DNA of 64,000 nt from the human T2T-CHM13v2.0 reference genome, Homo sapiens, in NCBI RefSeq assembly GCF_009914755.1, contig NC_060926.1. One strand, written 5' to 3'. The notes below the pieces were generated by a model, which did no database searches, was not told the origin of the DNA, and worked only from the letters and a program-made list of their open reading frames with translations. Positions 28,762 to 45,413 of the stretch are shown here, one piece after another. Position 1 is the stretch's first letter. Each line of letters begins with the position of its first letter. The translations under genes and the position numbers were made by a program.

Positions 28762-31380
28762 TGATATGGTTTTGGTATTTGTCCTCTCCAAATCTCATGT
28801 TGAAGTGTGACCTCCAATGTTGGAGGTGAGGCCTAGTGGGAGATGTTTGGAATGTGGGGGCTGATCCCTCATAAATGGCTTGGTGCCTTCCCCATGGTAA
28901 TGAGTTCAGATGAGATCTAATTGTTAAAAAGAGAAAGAGAGAAAGAAAGAGACTGGGCCCTCCCTCTCTCTCTTGCTGTCTCTCTCACCATGTGACATGG
29001 CTGCTCCCCCTATGCCTTCCACCATGGATAAAAGCTTTCTGAGACCTCACCAAAAGAGAAGCAGATGATGGTGCCATGCTTGTATAGCCTACAGAACTGT
29101 GAGCCAAGTGCTTTTGTTTATAAATACCAGTCCCAGGTATTCCATTATAGCAATGCAAAATGGACTAACACAGAAAATTGGTACCAGGAGCAGGGTGTTG
29201 CAATAAAGATACCTAAAGGTGTGCAAGAAGCTTTGGAACTGGGTAATGGGCAGAGGTTAGAAGAATTAGCAGGCTCAGAAAAAGGCAGGAAGATAAGGAA
29301 AAGTTTGAAATGTCTTAGAGACTGGTTAAGTGGTTGTCCAAAATGCTGATAGAAATATGGATAGTGAAGGCCAGGCTGATGAGCTCTCAGGTGGAAATGA
29401 GGAATTCACTGGGGACTGGAGTAAAAGATCACCCTTGTTATGTCTTAGCAAAGCACTTGGCTGCATTGTATCCATGCCCTAGTGATTTGTGAGAGGTTGA
29501 ACTTAGGTGTGATAACGTAGGATATCTGATGGAATTAATTTCTAAGCAGCAGAGCACTCAAGAGGTGGCCTGGCTGCTTCTAACAACCTATGATCAGATG
29601 TGGAAACAAATGAATGACTTTAAGTTGGAACTTAAAAGAGAAGCAGAGTGTAAAATTTTGGAAAATTTGCAGCCTAGCTGTGTGGTAAAAAAGGAAAAAT
29701 TATTTTCAGATTTTCAGGAGAGGAATTCAGGCAGACCATGGAGCAACCATTTGCTAGAGAGATTTTCATGACTAAAAGGTAGCCAGGTGCTAATAGCCAA
29801 GACAATGAGAAAAAGGCCTTGAAGACATGTCAGAAGTCTTTGAGGCAGCTCCTCCCATCATAGGCCCAGAGGCTAGGAGGAAAGAATGGTTTCAGGGGTC
29901 AGTCCTGGGGCTCCACTGCCCTGTTCAGCCTTGGGACACTGCTTCCCAAATCCTGGCAGCTCTGGCTCCAGCCTCAGCTCAAAGGGTAAATGGTACAGCT
30001 CTGGCCACCACTGCAGATGGCACAAACTGTAAGCCTTAGTGTCCTTTGCGTGGTGTTAAGCCTGCAGGCATGCAGAATGCAGAGGTTTGGCAGCTTCCAC
30101 CTAGATTTCAGAGGATGTATGAAAAAGCCTAAGTTCCCAGGCAGAAGCCTGCTGCAGGGGCAGAGCCCTCACAGAGAGGCTCTACTAGGGCAATGCTGAT
30201 GGGAAAATTAGAGTTGGAGCCCCATATTAGGCTATTGCATCACTGTAAAGAAAACCTGAGACTGGGTAATTTATAAAGGACAGTAGTTTAATTGGCTCAC
30301 AGTTCTGCAGGCTGTACAAGCATGGCACTGGCATCTGTGTGGCTTCTGGGGAGTCCTCAGAAAGCTTTTACTCATGGCAATAGGCAAAGTGGGAGCAGGC
30401 ATGTCACACTGCAAAAGCAGGAGCAAGAGACAGAGTTGGAGGGGGAGGTGCCACACATTTTTAAACGACTAGATCTCACAGGAACTCACTCACTGTCACA
30501 AGAACAGCACCAAGCCATGAAGGATCTGCACTCATGATCCAATCACTTCCCACAATGCCCCACCTCCAACATTGCAGATTACATTTCAACATGAGATTTG
30601 GGTGGAACAAGTATCTAAACCACATCAAGCCCCCACACAGAGTCCCCGGCAGGGCACTGCCTAGTGGAGCTGTGGGAAGGGGGCCACCACCCTCCAGACC
30701 CCAGAATGGTAGTGCTACCAGCAGCTTACACCCTGAGCCTAGAAAAGCCACAGAGTCAATTATGACCCATGAGAATAGCCATGGGGGCTGCACTCTGCAA
30801 AGCCACAGCGGTGGAGCTGCCCAAGCCTTGGGAGCCCACCCCTTGCACCAGTGTGCCCAGGATATGAGGAGACCTGGAGTCAAACATTATTTTGGAGCTT
30901 TAAAGTTTAATGCCTGCTTGCTGTGTTTTGAATTTGTGTCTGGCCTGTTGCCACTTTCTTTTTGCCAGTTTCTCTCTTTTGGAATGGGGATATTTACCCA
31001 ATGCCTGTACCACTATTATGTCTTGAAAGTAAATAATTTGATTTTGGTCTTACAAGCTCATAGGAGGAAGGAACTTGCCTTAAGTCTCAAATGAGACTTT
31101 GGAATTCTGAACTGTTGCTAGAATGAGTTAACACTTTTGGGGACTCTTGGGAAGGGATGACTGTATTTTGCATTGTGAGAAGGACATGAGATTTAGGAGG
31201 CAAAGGGCAGAATGATATGGTTTGCGTATTTGTTCCCTCCAAATCTCATGTTGAAGTGTGACCTCCAGTGTTGGAGGGGGGCCTAGTGCAACGTGTTTGG
31301 ATCATGGAGGCGGATCCCTCATGAATGGCTTGGTGCCTTCCCTACAGTAATGAGTTCACACGAGATCTGGTTGTTAAAAA
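28762..31380 (+). mobile_element. MaLR (MST-type) provirus: 5' LTR 28762-29172, internal region, truncated 3' LTR 31213-31380
   Basis: Both LTRs start tgatatggttt...ctccaaatctcatgttgaagtgtgacc. The 5' LTR ends ggactaacaca followed by gaaaattggtacc. Polypurine tract before 31213. Confidence 0.88.
30223..30627 (-). mobile_element. Solo MST/THE1-type LTR nested antisense in the MaLR internal region
   Basis: 5-bp TSD AGCCC at 30218-30222 and 30628-30632; cctgagactgggtaatttataaag LTR signature. Confidence 0.85.
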
Positions 31381-31782
31381 CACCAGACTGTCCCAGGTCT
31401 ATAAAGGGTTTTGTTGAGCAGATCTTTAGATGTTGTTCTTTGGTCTACAGAGGACAAGAGGAAACACAAAAGCAGGGAAGATTTCAATCATGTGTATGGA
31501 AGACTTTTAAGTGGAGGATAATAGTACATTGAAATGGGCTAGCAATAGAGGGCATGGATTTTCTGTACCTGGACTCCTTCTAAAGAGAACAGGCACCCTT
31601 TATCCTGAATTTTTTAGAAATTCTCCTGTCTAAAGGTAAATGATTAAGTTATTAAAATGTAGGATATATCACAAAATCAGTGTAGATTAATTCTTTCCAA
31701 TTTCTAAGTCTACTAGGTGTTGCCATTGAATTCTTCAGTTATGTAGATGTTTTCTTTCTGTTTAATTTTTCTAACTTACTAT

Positions 31783-32079
31783 TTATTTTTCTTTTTTTGA
31801 GACAGGGTCTCACTGTGTCACCTAGGCTGGAGTGCAGTGGCATGTTCTCAACTCACTGCAACCTCACCTCCCCGGGTTCAAGCGACTCTCCTGCCTCAGA
31901 CATCCAAGTAGCTAGGATTACAGGTGTGCGCCACCAAGCCTGGCTAATTTTTATACTTTTAGTAGAGATGGGGTTTCACCATGTTGCCCAGGCTAGTCTT
32001 GAACTTTTGAGTTCAAGTGATCCACCCGCCTCTGCTCCCAAAGTGCTGGGATTATAGGCATGAGCCACTGTGCCAGGCC
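31783..32079 (-). mobile_element. Alu (J/S)
   Basis: Reverse Alu consensus; tctgtttaa on both flanks. Confidence 0.9.
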
Positions 32080-32630
32080 TCTGTTTAACTTATATTCTGT
32101 TAGTTACACATGAGGAGCAACTTCCTGGGTCATGAACAATCAGGTACTTATATTATATTCTTAGTTTGGATTGGCTAAGTGTAATTTCAGTTTTTATTTG
32201 CATGTTGCAGAGAGACTTTAAAAAATCTTCATGCCCTTGCACGTGAATGCATGTAAATAGTACGGTGGATCCTTGATCAACATCTTAGGTCCATTTTGTA
32301 CTTTTGCTTTGTTCTCCTCATGGGAATGAGGTGAAGAATTGCTCTTAGAAACTGGCAAATATAAAATTAAGCCATTATCACCATTTCTAAGATTAATGCT
32401 AGAGTAAAAACAAAGAGATTGAAACCTCTACTTCTTCAGGGTGGGCCTAACCTGGGCTCATTAGACTTTGTCAGTACCTGCATGCACATCTGCTCCCAAT
32501 ACGTCTCAACCCATCCCAGCACAGAGCCAATTCTGCATGAGGCAGATATCTGCTGGCCTGACCTGGTTGTGGCCTCTTCTGAAAATCCTTCTCTGTGATA
32601 AGTATTTTGTATCCAAGGTCATATACTTCC

Positions 32631-32923
<293 letters not shown>

Positions 32924-33351
32924 TAAGGTCATATACTTCTAATTGGGATTAGAAAAGGAAAGATTTAAGGCAGATTTGAAAATGTATTACATTTGTTTTA
33001 AGGTTATCATTTTCAGGGATGGGTTAGGCTGATTTGGGGTAAAGCACCTGCTATTCTTTTGGCATGTCAGCAACCCAAATTGGGTTCATGCTCCTTTGAC
33101 CTGACCCAACGAGTGGAAGTGAGATGTAGGCAATTTGGGAGTAAATTACATTAACATTGACTCCAAAGAAATGACTGTCACAAACAGTGAGACAGGGAAA
33201 TTGAAATTGGGTAAATAAGGCTTCCCTGAGACCTGCTCCACATGCGAAGTATTTCTGCCCTGGATATTGAGCCCATAATGCATTTTAGCACAAGTTTGAT
33301 CATAAAAGAAATGAATCTCACAGTAGAGGAAATTCTTCCCAACAGGGTTCC

Positions 33352-33357
33352 TTTATT
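33352..33357 (-). terminator. Candidate poly(A) signal of SCYGR copy 1
   Basis: tttatt on + (AATAAA on -), ~515 nt past the natural stop. Confidence 0.45.
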
Positions 33358-33872
33358 TAACTTGCGTGAATTTATACAGCACAAAAGGTCCTTTTATAGC
33401 AAGACAATAAGTAAAAGAGATGGTTAGCCATCAATATATGGTACATTATTCTGTGCATTTAGTTTTTAGCAGTACAGAACTGCTGGATATGAGAATAGAG
33501 TAGAAATAGCATGTAATTTACAGCACAGTGAAAAGAAGGCAGGCACTGAAGTTTGTGTTAAGGAATTTCAGAAAAACATAAAAGTTAGTAACTATGATTT
33601 CATTTTCCATTTCTTCAACCGTGAATTGTTTGCAGGAGCTGGGCTGTCCCTTGCTTTCATAGTTTTCATTGTTCACATGAATATCACTCAATATTTTGAA
33701 ATTATAGATTTGTGATGTGACAGAGAGGAGGGTATCAAATCTACAGCCCTTGTGTGACTCCCAGTCACATGTGTGACTCCCAGTGATGGAAAGAGAACCA
33801 GGGCGAGGTTGGGGGAAGGCTTGCAATGGGCAAGCAAGATGCAGCAAACTCTTCCAGAGTCAGGTGCCCTGC

Positions 33873-34151
33873 CTAGCAGCAGCATTGCTTTTGGCAGCAG
33901 GATTTCTGTTGGCAACAGCCCTTCCCACAGCCGCAGCCACACGAGCTGCAGGTACGGCGGCAGCAGCAGATCACGGGAGTGCTGCAGCAGCCTCCACAGC
34001 AGCCGCGGCAGCAGGGGCAGCAGCTGGAGCAGCAGCCCACCCGGTAGCACCTGCAGGTGGTGCAGCTGCCACAGCCACCACCGCAGCCACCACCGCAGCC
34101 ACCACCTCAGCCACCACTGCAGCCACAACTTCCACAACCACAGCAACCCAT
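33873..34151 (-). pseudogene. SCYGR9: Small Cys/Gly-repeat (KRTAP28-like) gene copy 1; 92-codon frame with premature TGA at codon 15 (34107-34109)
   Basis: Manual translation MGCCGCGSCGCSGG*GGGCGGGCGGGCGSCTTCRCYRVGCCSSCCPCC...QQKSCCQKQCCC*. Kozak gacaccATGG. Symbol number from recalled order and length. Confidence 0.88.
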
Positions 34152-34236
34152 GGTGTCAGTAGAGAGGACTCAGGTGAAGTGAGGAGGGAGGATGTGAGAG
34201 GTGACGAGGTCTGATGTTTGCCTCTGCAAGGGACCC

Positions 34237-34290
34237 TTAAATACTGCTGCTGGGGCTTGGCACATGACTATAGTCACTTCCTTGTTGTTT
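34237..34290 (-). promoter_or_regulatory. Core promoter of copy 1: TATTTAA box and ETS-core AAGGAAGTG
   Basis: Minus strand acaacaaggaagtgactatagtcatgtg...gtatttaaggg, positionally matching the paralogs. Confidence 0.7.
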
Positions 34291-34859
34291 TGGCCACTTT
34301 CCGTGGCAAACTTTTGTTTCCTGTTTATTACTTCCTCAGGGGTGTACACAACTTGATTTTTTATTTCAATTTTAGATAAATTCACTTCTATTTCAAAAAC
34401 GGAATCAGAACTGACATTTTTTTCAGAAAACACTGCATTGTTTCAATCTGTCTACCTGAGGGTAAAATTATTTTGATAGTAGTCAATGGTCTAAGCCAAA
34501 GAGATCCAGCCGTTCCTCGTCTTTCGCAAATCAGTAATAGCTGCCCAGAGGAAAGAGTCCTCTTCAAAATGTATCTGTCTTTTACTCTAAGTATATACAT
34601 TTTATGTGTATTATCCTTAATCACCCTTTATAAAAACCCCAACACATTAGGTATATAGAGTCTTTATTAAAATGAGTTTTGTCATCAAAGAAGCCCAGGA
34701 AATGTTGCATATTGTTTCCATTTGGGAAATTCACATTAATATATTAAAGGTAATAGGAAGTCCTGGAGGAAAAGGGAGTCTCAAAAATCAATATTCAACA
34801 TAAAGAGATTTCATATCAAATAGAAAATGTAGTTAAAAAATTACTTTTTGAATGGGTTT

Positions 34860-35530
34860 ACTCAAAACAAGGATTTAGAGAATCCATTTGAAATAGCAAC
34901 AAAAATAAAATTAAAGTATGATATATGACTCCAATGACATGCAGGATCTTGATGGAAAAAATTTTTAAATTCTACTGAGGGACATAAAAGAAGAAAGAAA
35001 TAGAGGTTTGTGGATGGAACATCTCAACTGACATCTAAAAGATGTCAATCCTTTCCAAATAAATTAATAAATTCATTGCAATTCTATTAAAAACACTAAG
35101 AGATGTACAAACTTTTCTTGTTTTGATTTAACTTGACAGCTGCCCCCAAAATACATTTGACAAAACAAAAGGTCAATAATATCAAATACATGTTTTAAGA
35201 GGAATGAGAAGGACAGTTTGCCCTATCAGATGTTGGGACTCCTTCTAAGGCCATGGTCATTAAAACAGTGAGAAATTTTGTTGCTGAGAGAGATAGACTA
35301 ATGGAGAGGAATAGAGAGCCCAGAAATGGAATCACATAGATTTTGGAATTTGATATATGGCAGAACAGTTACAAATCAGAAGAAAATATTGACTATTCAA
35401 TATTAGTACTGAAATAACAGGTTATCCGTATGGATAAAAATAACACTAGCATCCTTCTTCACACCATACATAAAAGAAAGTTCCAGATGATTTTTGAGAT
35501 CTAAAAATGAAAAGCAAAGCTTGATATTTT
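34860..35530 (+). mobile_element. Old L1M ORF2 fragments
   Basis: A-rich; aaaacagtg...atagagagcccagaaat L1 motifs. Confidence 0.65.
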
Positions 35531-35549
35531 AAGAAGACACAATAAATTA

Positions 35550-38300
<2,751 letters not shown>

Positions 38301-38414
38301 AAATTATTTCTTAGAATAGAGAAATCCAAACAATAAAGAAAAATATGAATTAAATAGAAAATACTTCAAATGAAAGAGAAGAAAACATTTTCACATAAAA
38401 ACATGCTGAAAATT

Positions 38415-38811
<397 letters not shown>

Positions 38812-39471
38812 TTAATTTTAAAAAGAAAACAAATTATTAGAAAAATGAATGAAGAATATGAATTGAGGAGTTATAGAAGACAAAATTCAACACAGAAAGA
38901 TGCTCAACCTCACTGGTAATCAGAAAAGTGCAAATTAAAACCACACCATGGTTTTAATTTTATACCCACCTGATTATCAAAATGTTCAAGTCTGACAATA
39001 CCAAATATTGGTGAGAATGTCAAACAATTGGAATTCTCATACTTTGTTGGGTGGGAGTGTAAATTGCTATAACCAATTCTGAGAGCAATTAAGCAACGTC
39101 TGGCTAGGTCAAAGATATGCATTCTCCTGTTTAATCATTTATATCAATATTGGCTGATCGAACCCTATTCTATTCATTGAGTTATAAATCTGTTACTGTC
39201 ATTATTCTGATGCTCAAGTTGTCCCAAATTTTGCCATTGGTAGCACCTTCAAGCTGGTCTGTGGTTTTAAAAAATATCTCCATAATTTTTGAAGTACTAA
39301 CTTAAATTCTGGCACAAGATGTTCAAGGTCCCATTTCATCCTTTTCCTGTCCCAGATCTGGAATCAGCCTGTTCTCCAAGGATTCTGGTTCCTTTTATTG
39401 GATAGTGATATTTAGAATCCAAGATCTGGGTACTAACTGCACTCATTGCTAGGATTTGTTTTCTGCACCTA

Positions 39472-40084
39472 CAGTCAGTTCTTCTATAACACAACATATG
39501 TGCTCCTAAAAATCATGAGACTGTACAAAATTGTGCAATAAAAGCATAGGACTCATGGCTAACACTGAGCTTTGGGAACAGCACTCAAAAAACTTCATCA
39601 GTGACTCATTAAAGAAAAGATGGAGAACTTAGTAAAAAGGGTGCACAGTTCTATACATAACATGTGTGTATATATGTGTGTGTGTGTGTATTACAGGATA
39701 TACATATATCATGTAATAAATGTGGCATTTTACCTGAAGTTTGCTTATGGAAGTGGGCATAAGAAGGGTTGCAGCTTGTGGTATTGTCAAGTGATAGGAA
39801 GGGAGTGGTATCTGAAATGAAACAGAAAGTTGTAACTGTTATGTGCAGAAGGGTTTCATTCACAGCACATTGGTGAGCAGGTAGCTAGTAGGTAGTTGTT
39901 TGAAGTATGCATGCGTGCATTTTAGCTGGGTGCAGTTTTCTGTATCTACTTGGTATTTCTCTAGGACAAAATCACATATAAGCAAATGCAAAATTTGCCT
40001 TATGTTCCAGTTGTTTCTCAATACATCAGCCTCCTTGGAACACATTTACATTTTCAAAAACAAGTGTTATACCAGAACTGACTG
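39472..40084. mobile_element. Non-autonomous Tc1/mariner (Tigger-type) DNA transposon
   Basis: TA duplications at 39470-71 and 40085-86; 21-bp TIRs cagtcagttctNNtataacac (19/21 match). Confidence 0.85.
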
Positions 40085-40374
40085 TATTACATATTAGGAA
40101 CCGTGCTAGGCATTGGGAATTTGAATAATTGATCCCCTGTATGTTTTCCACTTGGCTTTCTGTTTCAGGGCTTTTCATATTTTCTTATGGTTTGCTTTTG
40201 TGTTTGTCTTATTTGATGGACCTTACATGCTTCTTTAGGGCCAGTTTCATCTCTCATTCATCTTACTCTCCCAAGTGCTACACAGTGTCTGAAATGTATA
40301 ACAGTATTATTAAACTTTTGATAAATTGATACCAGTAAGGATAATGTATAGTTCCTCCTTTCAAAGAACTACAG

Positions 40375-40590
40375 TCTGGAATTGTTCCGTCCAATATGGC
40401 AGCCACTTACAATGTAGGCTAATTCAGTTCAAATTAATCAAAATTAAATAAAGTAAACAATTTTGTTCTTCAGCTTCATTAGCTACATTTACGTACTCAA
40501 TAGACACATGTGGTAAGTGGCTACCATATTGGTCAGCTCAGAATAGAACATTTCCATCTTTCCAGAAAGTCCAACTGGGCAGCTCTGGTC
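40375..40590. mobile_element. MER3-like hAT MITE
   Basis: gtccaatatggcagccact...gtggctaccatattgg...atagaacatttccatc. Confidence 0.7.
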
Positions 40591-41494
40591 CAGATCCAAG
40601 TGGATGGAGAATTACAGCTGCCTTATTATTCAGATCACTATCGGAAGACCTGGTGATGACCTGCCTCCTGTCCCCACAGAAAGAAAAAGTGACCCTACAT
40701 GTAGGAAGATATAATTGAAAATATTTGAGACTGGAGGTCTTCTGAAAAATCAGAATTTTAAAAAGGTAGATCCATGTAATAAAGCCTAAAGTATTCAACA
40801 AAGAAGTCAATGAGATCTAAAGAAAGTGAAATTCTCCCAAAGACATAACAAGGAAGACTTACTTACCAAGTTTCAAACCTCCCAGAGTCATTTTCTGCAA
40901 AGTGGACTGGAGAAGAATAACAGAAGTAGTAGGAGAAAAACAAGGAATTTTGTCTCATAAAAGTCAACAGATGAGAATGTGTTAAGAAAGATTTGTCAAC
41001 TGCATAGTGCTGAGAAGTCATCTTGCAACACTGTCAAAGAGCATATTGTGGACTCCGCCGCAGTGGAGGTCACGGGGGATTTGAGTTAGAGCATTTCACA
41101 TGCAGGGGTTGTCTAGGGAGAAGTGGGGAAGTTTTGGAGGATTTTTGGTGAAGATTCTTATTTTTTATAGTAAGTGAAAAAACAATAACTCAATATATGT
41201 ACCATAATCCCCAATTTTGTTTTTAAGTAGTGCAGATGGGTGGACATAAAATTCTGGAAGAAAAATAAAAAGTGAAGAATGGTTATTTCCATAAGGTGTG
41301 ATTGTGGATAATTTTTTTCTTCATATTTCTGTGTATTTTTCAATTTTCTGCAATAAGCATGTATAACTTTCATAGTAGAAAAATATCACTAATTATACTT
41401 AAATAGAATTATAGGTAATATTTTGTTTCTTCATATTTTTTATATTTTAAAAGACATGTCAACACATTTTATTATGTATAATCTTTTAAAAGTT

Positions 41495-41957
<463 letters not shown>

Positions 41958-43205
41958 TGACTCCTCATCCCACATTCCTGCTTCCTCACCCAACACCTAT
42001 TTTTTAGTGTCACTGTTCCCCTGCCTATCATCTAGAGGGAGGTTTTTTTTTGTTGTTGTTTTCTTGGCTTTTTTTGGACAATGCTCTCTGCAAGTGTGGC
42101 TGTCAAGGGGAGGAGAGACAAAGGCAGTAGCTGGAGGGGCACTGGACTCAACAGTGTGCTTTTTTTGCTTGAAGGGAGGAGAAATGCCACTTACAAGGTT
42201 TTGATGTGGATGGAAGAATCTGGAAGGTTGGGGGAGTGTTCATTGCTGTGTTTGTAGTGTCTAGGATGGGTGGCACTTCACAGGTGCTCAGCAAATACCC
42301 GTGGAGTGAGGGAATGAGAGGAAGAGATGCCTGAGAAAGGAGATTTAGAAAGCCAGATGGAGGTGGTTTCAAGTGCACAGGTGCAGGGGCCAGTCTTGGA
42401 TGGTGGGAGTGGGATCCACACCCACCTCCTCCTCCATGGTTAACCGAAGAAGAGGAGGACTGACTGGATTCCAGCACTTTTTTGCACAGTATGGTAGGAA
42501 GTGCCTTCTTGGAGTGAAGGGGTCGGAGAAGGCATCCAACATCTGAAGAAAGGGGAGAAGATAGGAAGTAGTCATTGTAGGAAGAGGGCAGGCCAGCTGA
42601 TGGGAGAAGGGGAGAACCTGGAGGAGGGCAGGCAGCTCCCTCTGCTGCCATCTGTGGTGGTGATGACAGATCCCAGCCCCCTCTTTATTCTCCTGCCTCC
42701 ACACCGTTGCCTCCTCATTTTCCCACTGTTGCTCTCCCTTCTTTTGTTATAATTTCATGGAGATATGACCAAAACAGAAGGGGGAGAAAAAGAGACAGCT
42801 AAGTTTCAATTGGGGTGATTGGGGATTGATGACATTTGAACTGTGTCTTTGAGGAATGCTTGGGACGTCCCTGCTGGAAGAGGGCCCTTTAAATTAAGGC
42901 ACAGCCACAAGGGAGGTGGGGGAGGAGGCAAGTTCAAGTTATGGTGATGCGGCTGGCATGTTTCTTGTGTGAAAGCAAAGGGTCTGTGTCAGAGGAGCAA
43001 CCTGGTGCCTGCCCTGCATTTGCTCCCTTACTCCCAAGTGTCCTTTGCTTTGTTGGTTTCGTTCCTGACCAATGGCCTGTCCTTTGGTGAATCTTGCCCC
43101 CTTCATTGTTCTTGTCTCTGTCTTATTTCTAAGAGTGTGGTACAGTGTTGAACACGTGGTACCTGCACTGTAGATATTAACTTCTACTAGTAGTCATGAT
43201 GTTAA

Positions 43206-43626
<421 letters not shown>

Positions 43627-43874
43627 TAATGCCATACTAGTGAGTCTGAATTGTTGAGTAGGAAAGAAATGTTGAACATTAGAATATAGAGCAGCACAAG
43701 ATAGCTTTTAAAATACAGAAGCACAAAAATTTCATAAAATTGTGTTAACATCATTATACCATATACTGACCATGTATAAGGATTTATACTTCATGAGGTC
43801 ATAGTTAATAATAGGGACTATTTTAAAGTAGTTTGTTTCCTCAAGGACCAAAATCTTTCCAAGTCTCTGCTCTG

Positions 43875-44337
43875 GCAGTCTTCAAAGTGTGATCTAAGGA
43901 CCTCTGGAGGCCCTGAGCTTATTAAGATACTCCTCCTTTTTCCAACTGCATATCTGTGTCAGGCTGGATTTTTACTCCAGCCAAAACACTGTAGGATAAT
44001 AGATTCATCAAAGAAGGAGAATGAGAATCCAGCTGTCTTTGATCAAGACAGACATTAAAGAGATTGGCAAAAATATAAAATAATGGCCACTGTACTCATT
44101 AATTCTTTTTTATTTTGGAAAATGGAGTTTTTTTTTCCAAAATGTATTATGTATGTGATCATGTAATGGGCTTATATTATTTTAAAATGAATTAATAAAC
44201 TTTTTAAAAGTCTCAGTGTTAATTTAGAATGCAATAAGTATCTATAGATTTAAGCCATATAACAAGGACAATTTGGAGTTCTCAATACTTTTTAGGAGCA
44301 TAGGGATCCCGAGAGTAATAAGTTTGAGAACCACTGC
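43875..44337. mobile_element. hAT-Charlie-type element
   Basis: cagtcttcaaagtgtg...ccaactgcatatctgtgtcaggctggattt...aagtttgagaaccactg. Confidence 0.7.
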
Positions 44338-45413
44338 TCCAACCTTTCTCTTCTCTTTGGTCAATGTGTGAATGTGCTTTTCCAAATCCACCGTTAAAAT
44401 CTGAACGTAGGACGTCCTGGGACTCCACACCTGAGAAGTAAATGAAAGCCTTGCTTTCCAGACTGAAAGGAAGTTCGGGGCGGGGTGAGGGGTGCGGAGT
44501 GCGGTACTCCCCCTCCCACTTAGAGAGTCACAGAGCACGTGACAAAGGCAAGCCACTGAGGACAGAGTCAAAAAGCCTGTCTGGCTTTATTTAAATTCAT
44601 TATTTCTCAAAAATAGTCAAACCTTTTTTGTGTGTTGCCTTTTAATGTCCTGTGGAACGAATCTTCTACCAAATGTGTTTTGGGAAGCCTGACATTGATT
44701 AGTCCCCTTCGTCCTGAGTTCTGAGCAGCATTGCAAGGCCAGATGAGGGCATCTCTGGGGACAGTGGAGCTTCCTGGGGCCTCTGGACCCTTACTTTGGG
44801 GTTGCCTTGCTGCCAGCTCTGTCATTAAGGTGGGACCTACAAAGTGTGACTCATGCGAGAAGAATTCATTAGGAGGAAGAAACCCGAGGACCAGAAGGTA
44901 CTGAAGCCGGATCTGAGGGCTGTGGGCTTCTCTAATGAGGCTGATCTTGATAATTCCCTAAATGAGCTCACTGTGTGTGCTGAGGGCTCTCCCAGGTAGA
45001 ATAATCAGACATAGCCACTAACCTAGATGCAGGTGGCCTCTTTGAATTGTGACTTCCAGACCAGTGATAGAAAATAGCAAAGATTGGGAACTTCCTTTAT
45101 GTTAGCTTCTGTGTTCTCCTTCTACTCAAGTAAACCCTAGGAATTTTTTTTGGAGAGATGTCAAGGGAAATATATGATTCTCCTGGGAAAATATTAGTAA
45201 GCAAGGAAACCATCAATGACAGATATATCTCTCTGGCTCATCTATTCAAGACTGGCTGTATTTGAAAATAGGGATAGGTCCTTGGCTGAATATTCCCACT
45301 GGATGGAACAGAGGTTAATTTAGCTGAACTGAAGATAAATGACTTAATGAGATGAAAGGTGCCTAATAGGGACATAAACAGGAGGTTTCCCTGTGGAAAC
45401 TGAAATAAACAAT

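Noticed and set aside
30476-31094. 135-aa and 186-aa ORFs
   Set aside because: They span a nested LTR/MaLR-internal junction and are chance frames in transposon DNA.
34107-34109. In-frame TGA at a Cys position read as selenocysteine or programmed readthrough
   Set aside because: No convincing SECIS seen by eye in the 3'UTR, the context TGA-G is not a readthrough motif, paralogs have TGY, and copy 3 shows an independent TAG. Simple nonsense is more parsimonious; SECISearch would settle it.
33688-34214. Trp-rich, His/Ser-rich and Ala/Thr-rich ORFs overlapping the SCYGR genes (also at 45.5, 55.4 and 61.0-61.7 kb)
   Set aside because: These are shadow frames of the GGY/TGY repeat that lack stops. 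Their starts and ends are not conserved between copies, many use non-ATG starts, and only the Cys frame has a shared Kozak and stop.
42148-42752. Overlapping 167/111/83-aa ORFs
   Set aside because: Purine-skewed, probably L2-derived sequence with no recognisable domain, promoter or splice structure.
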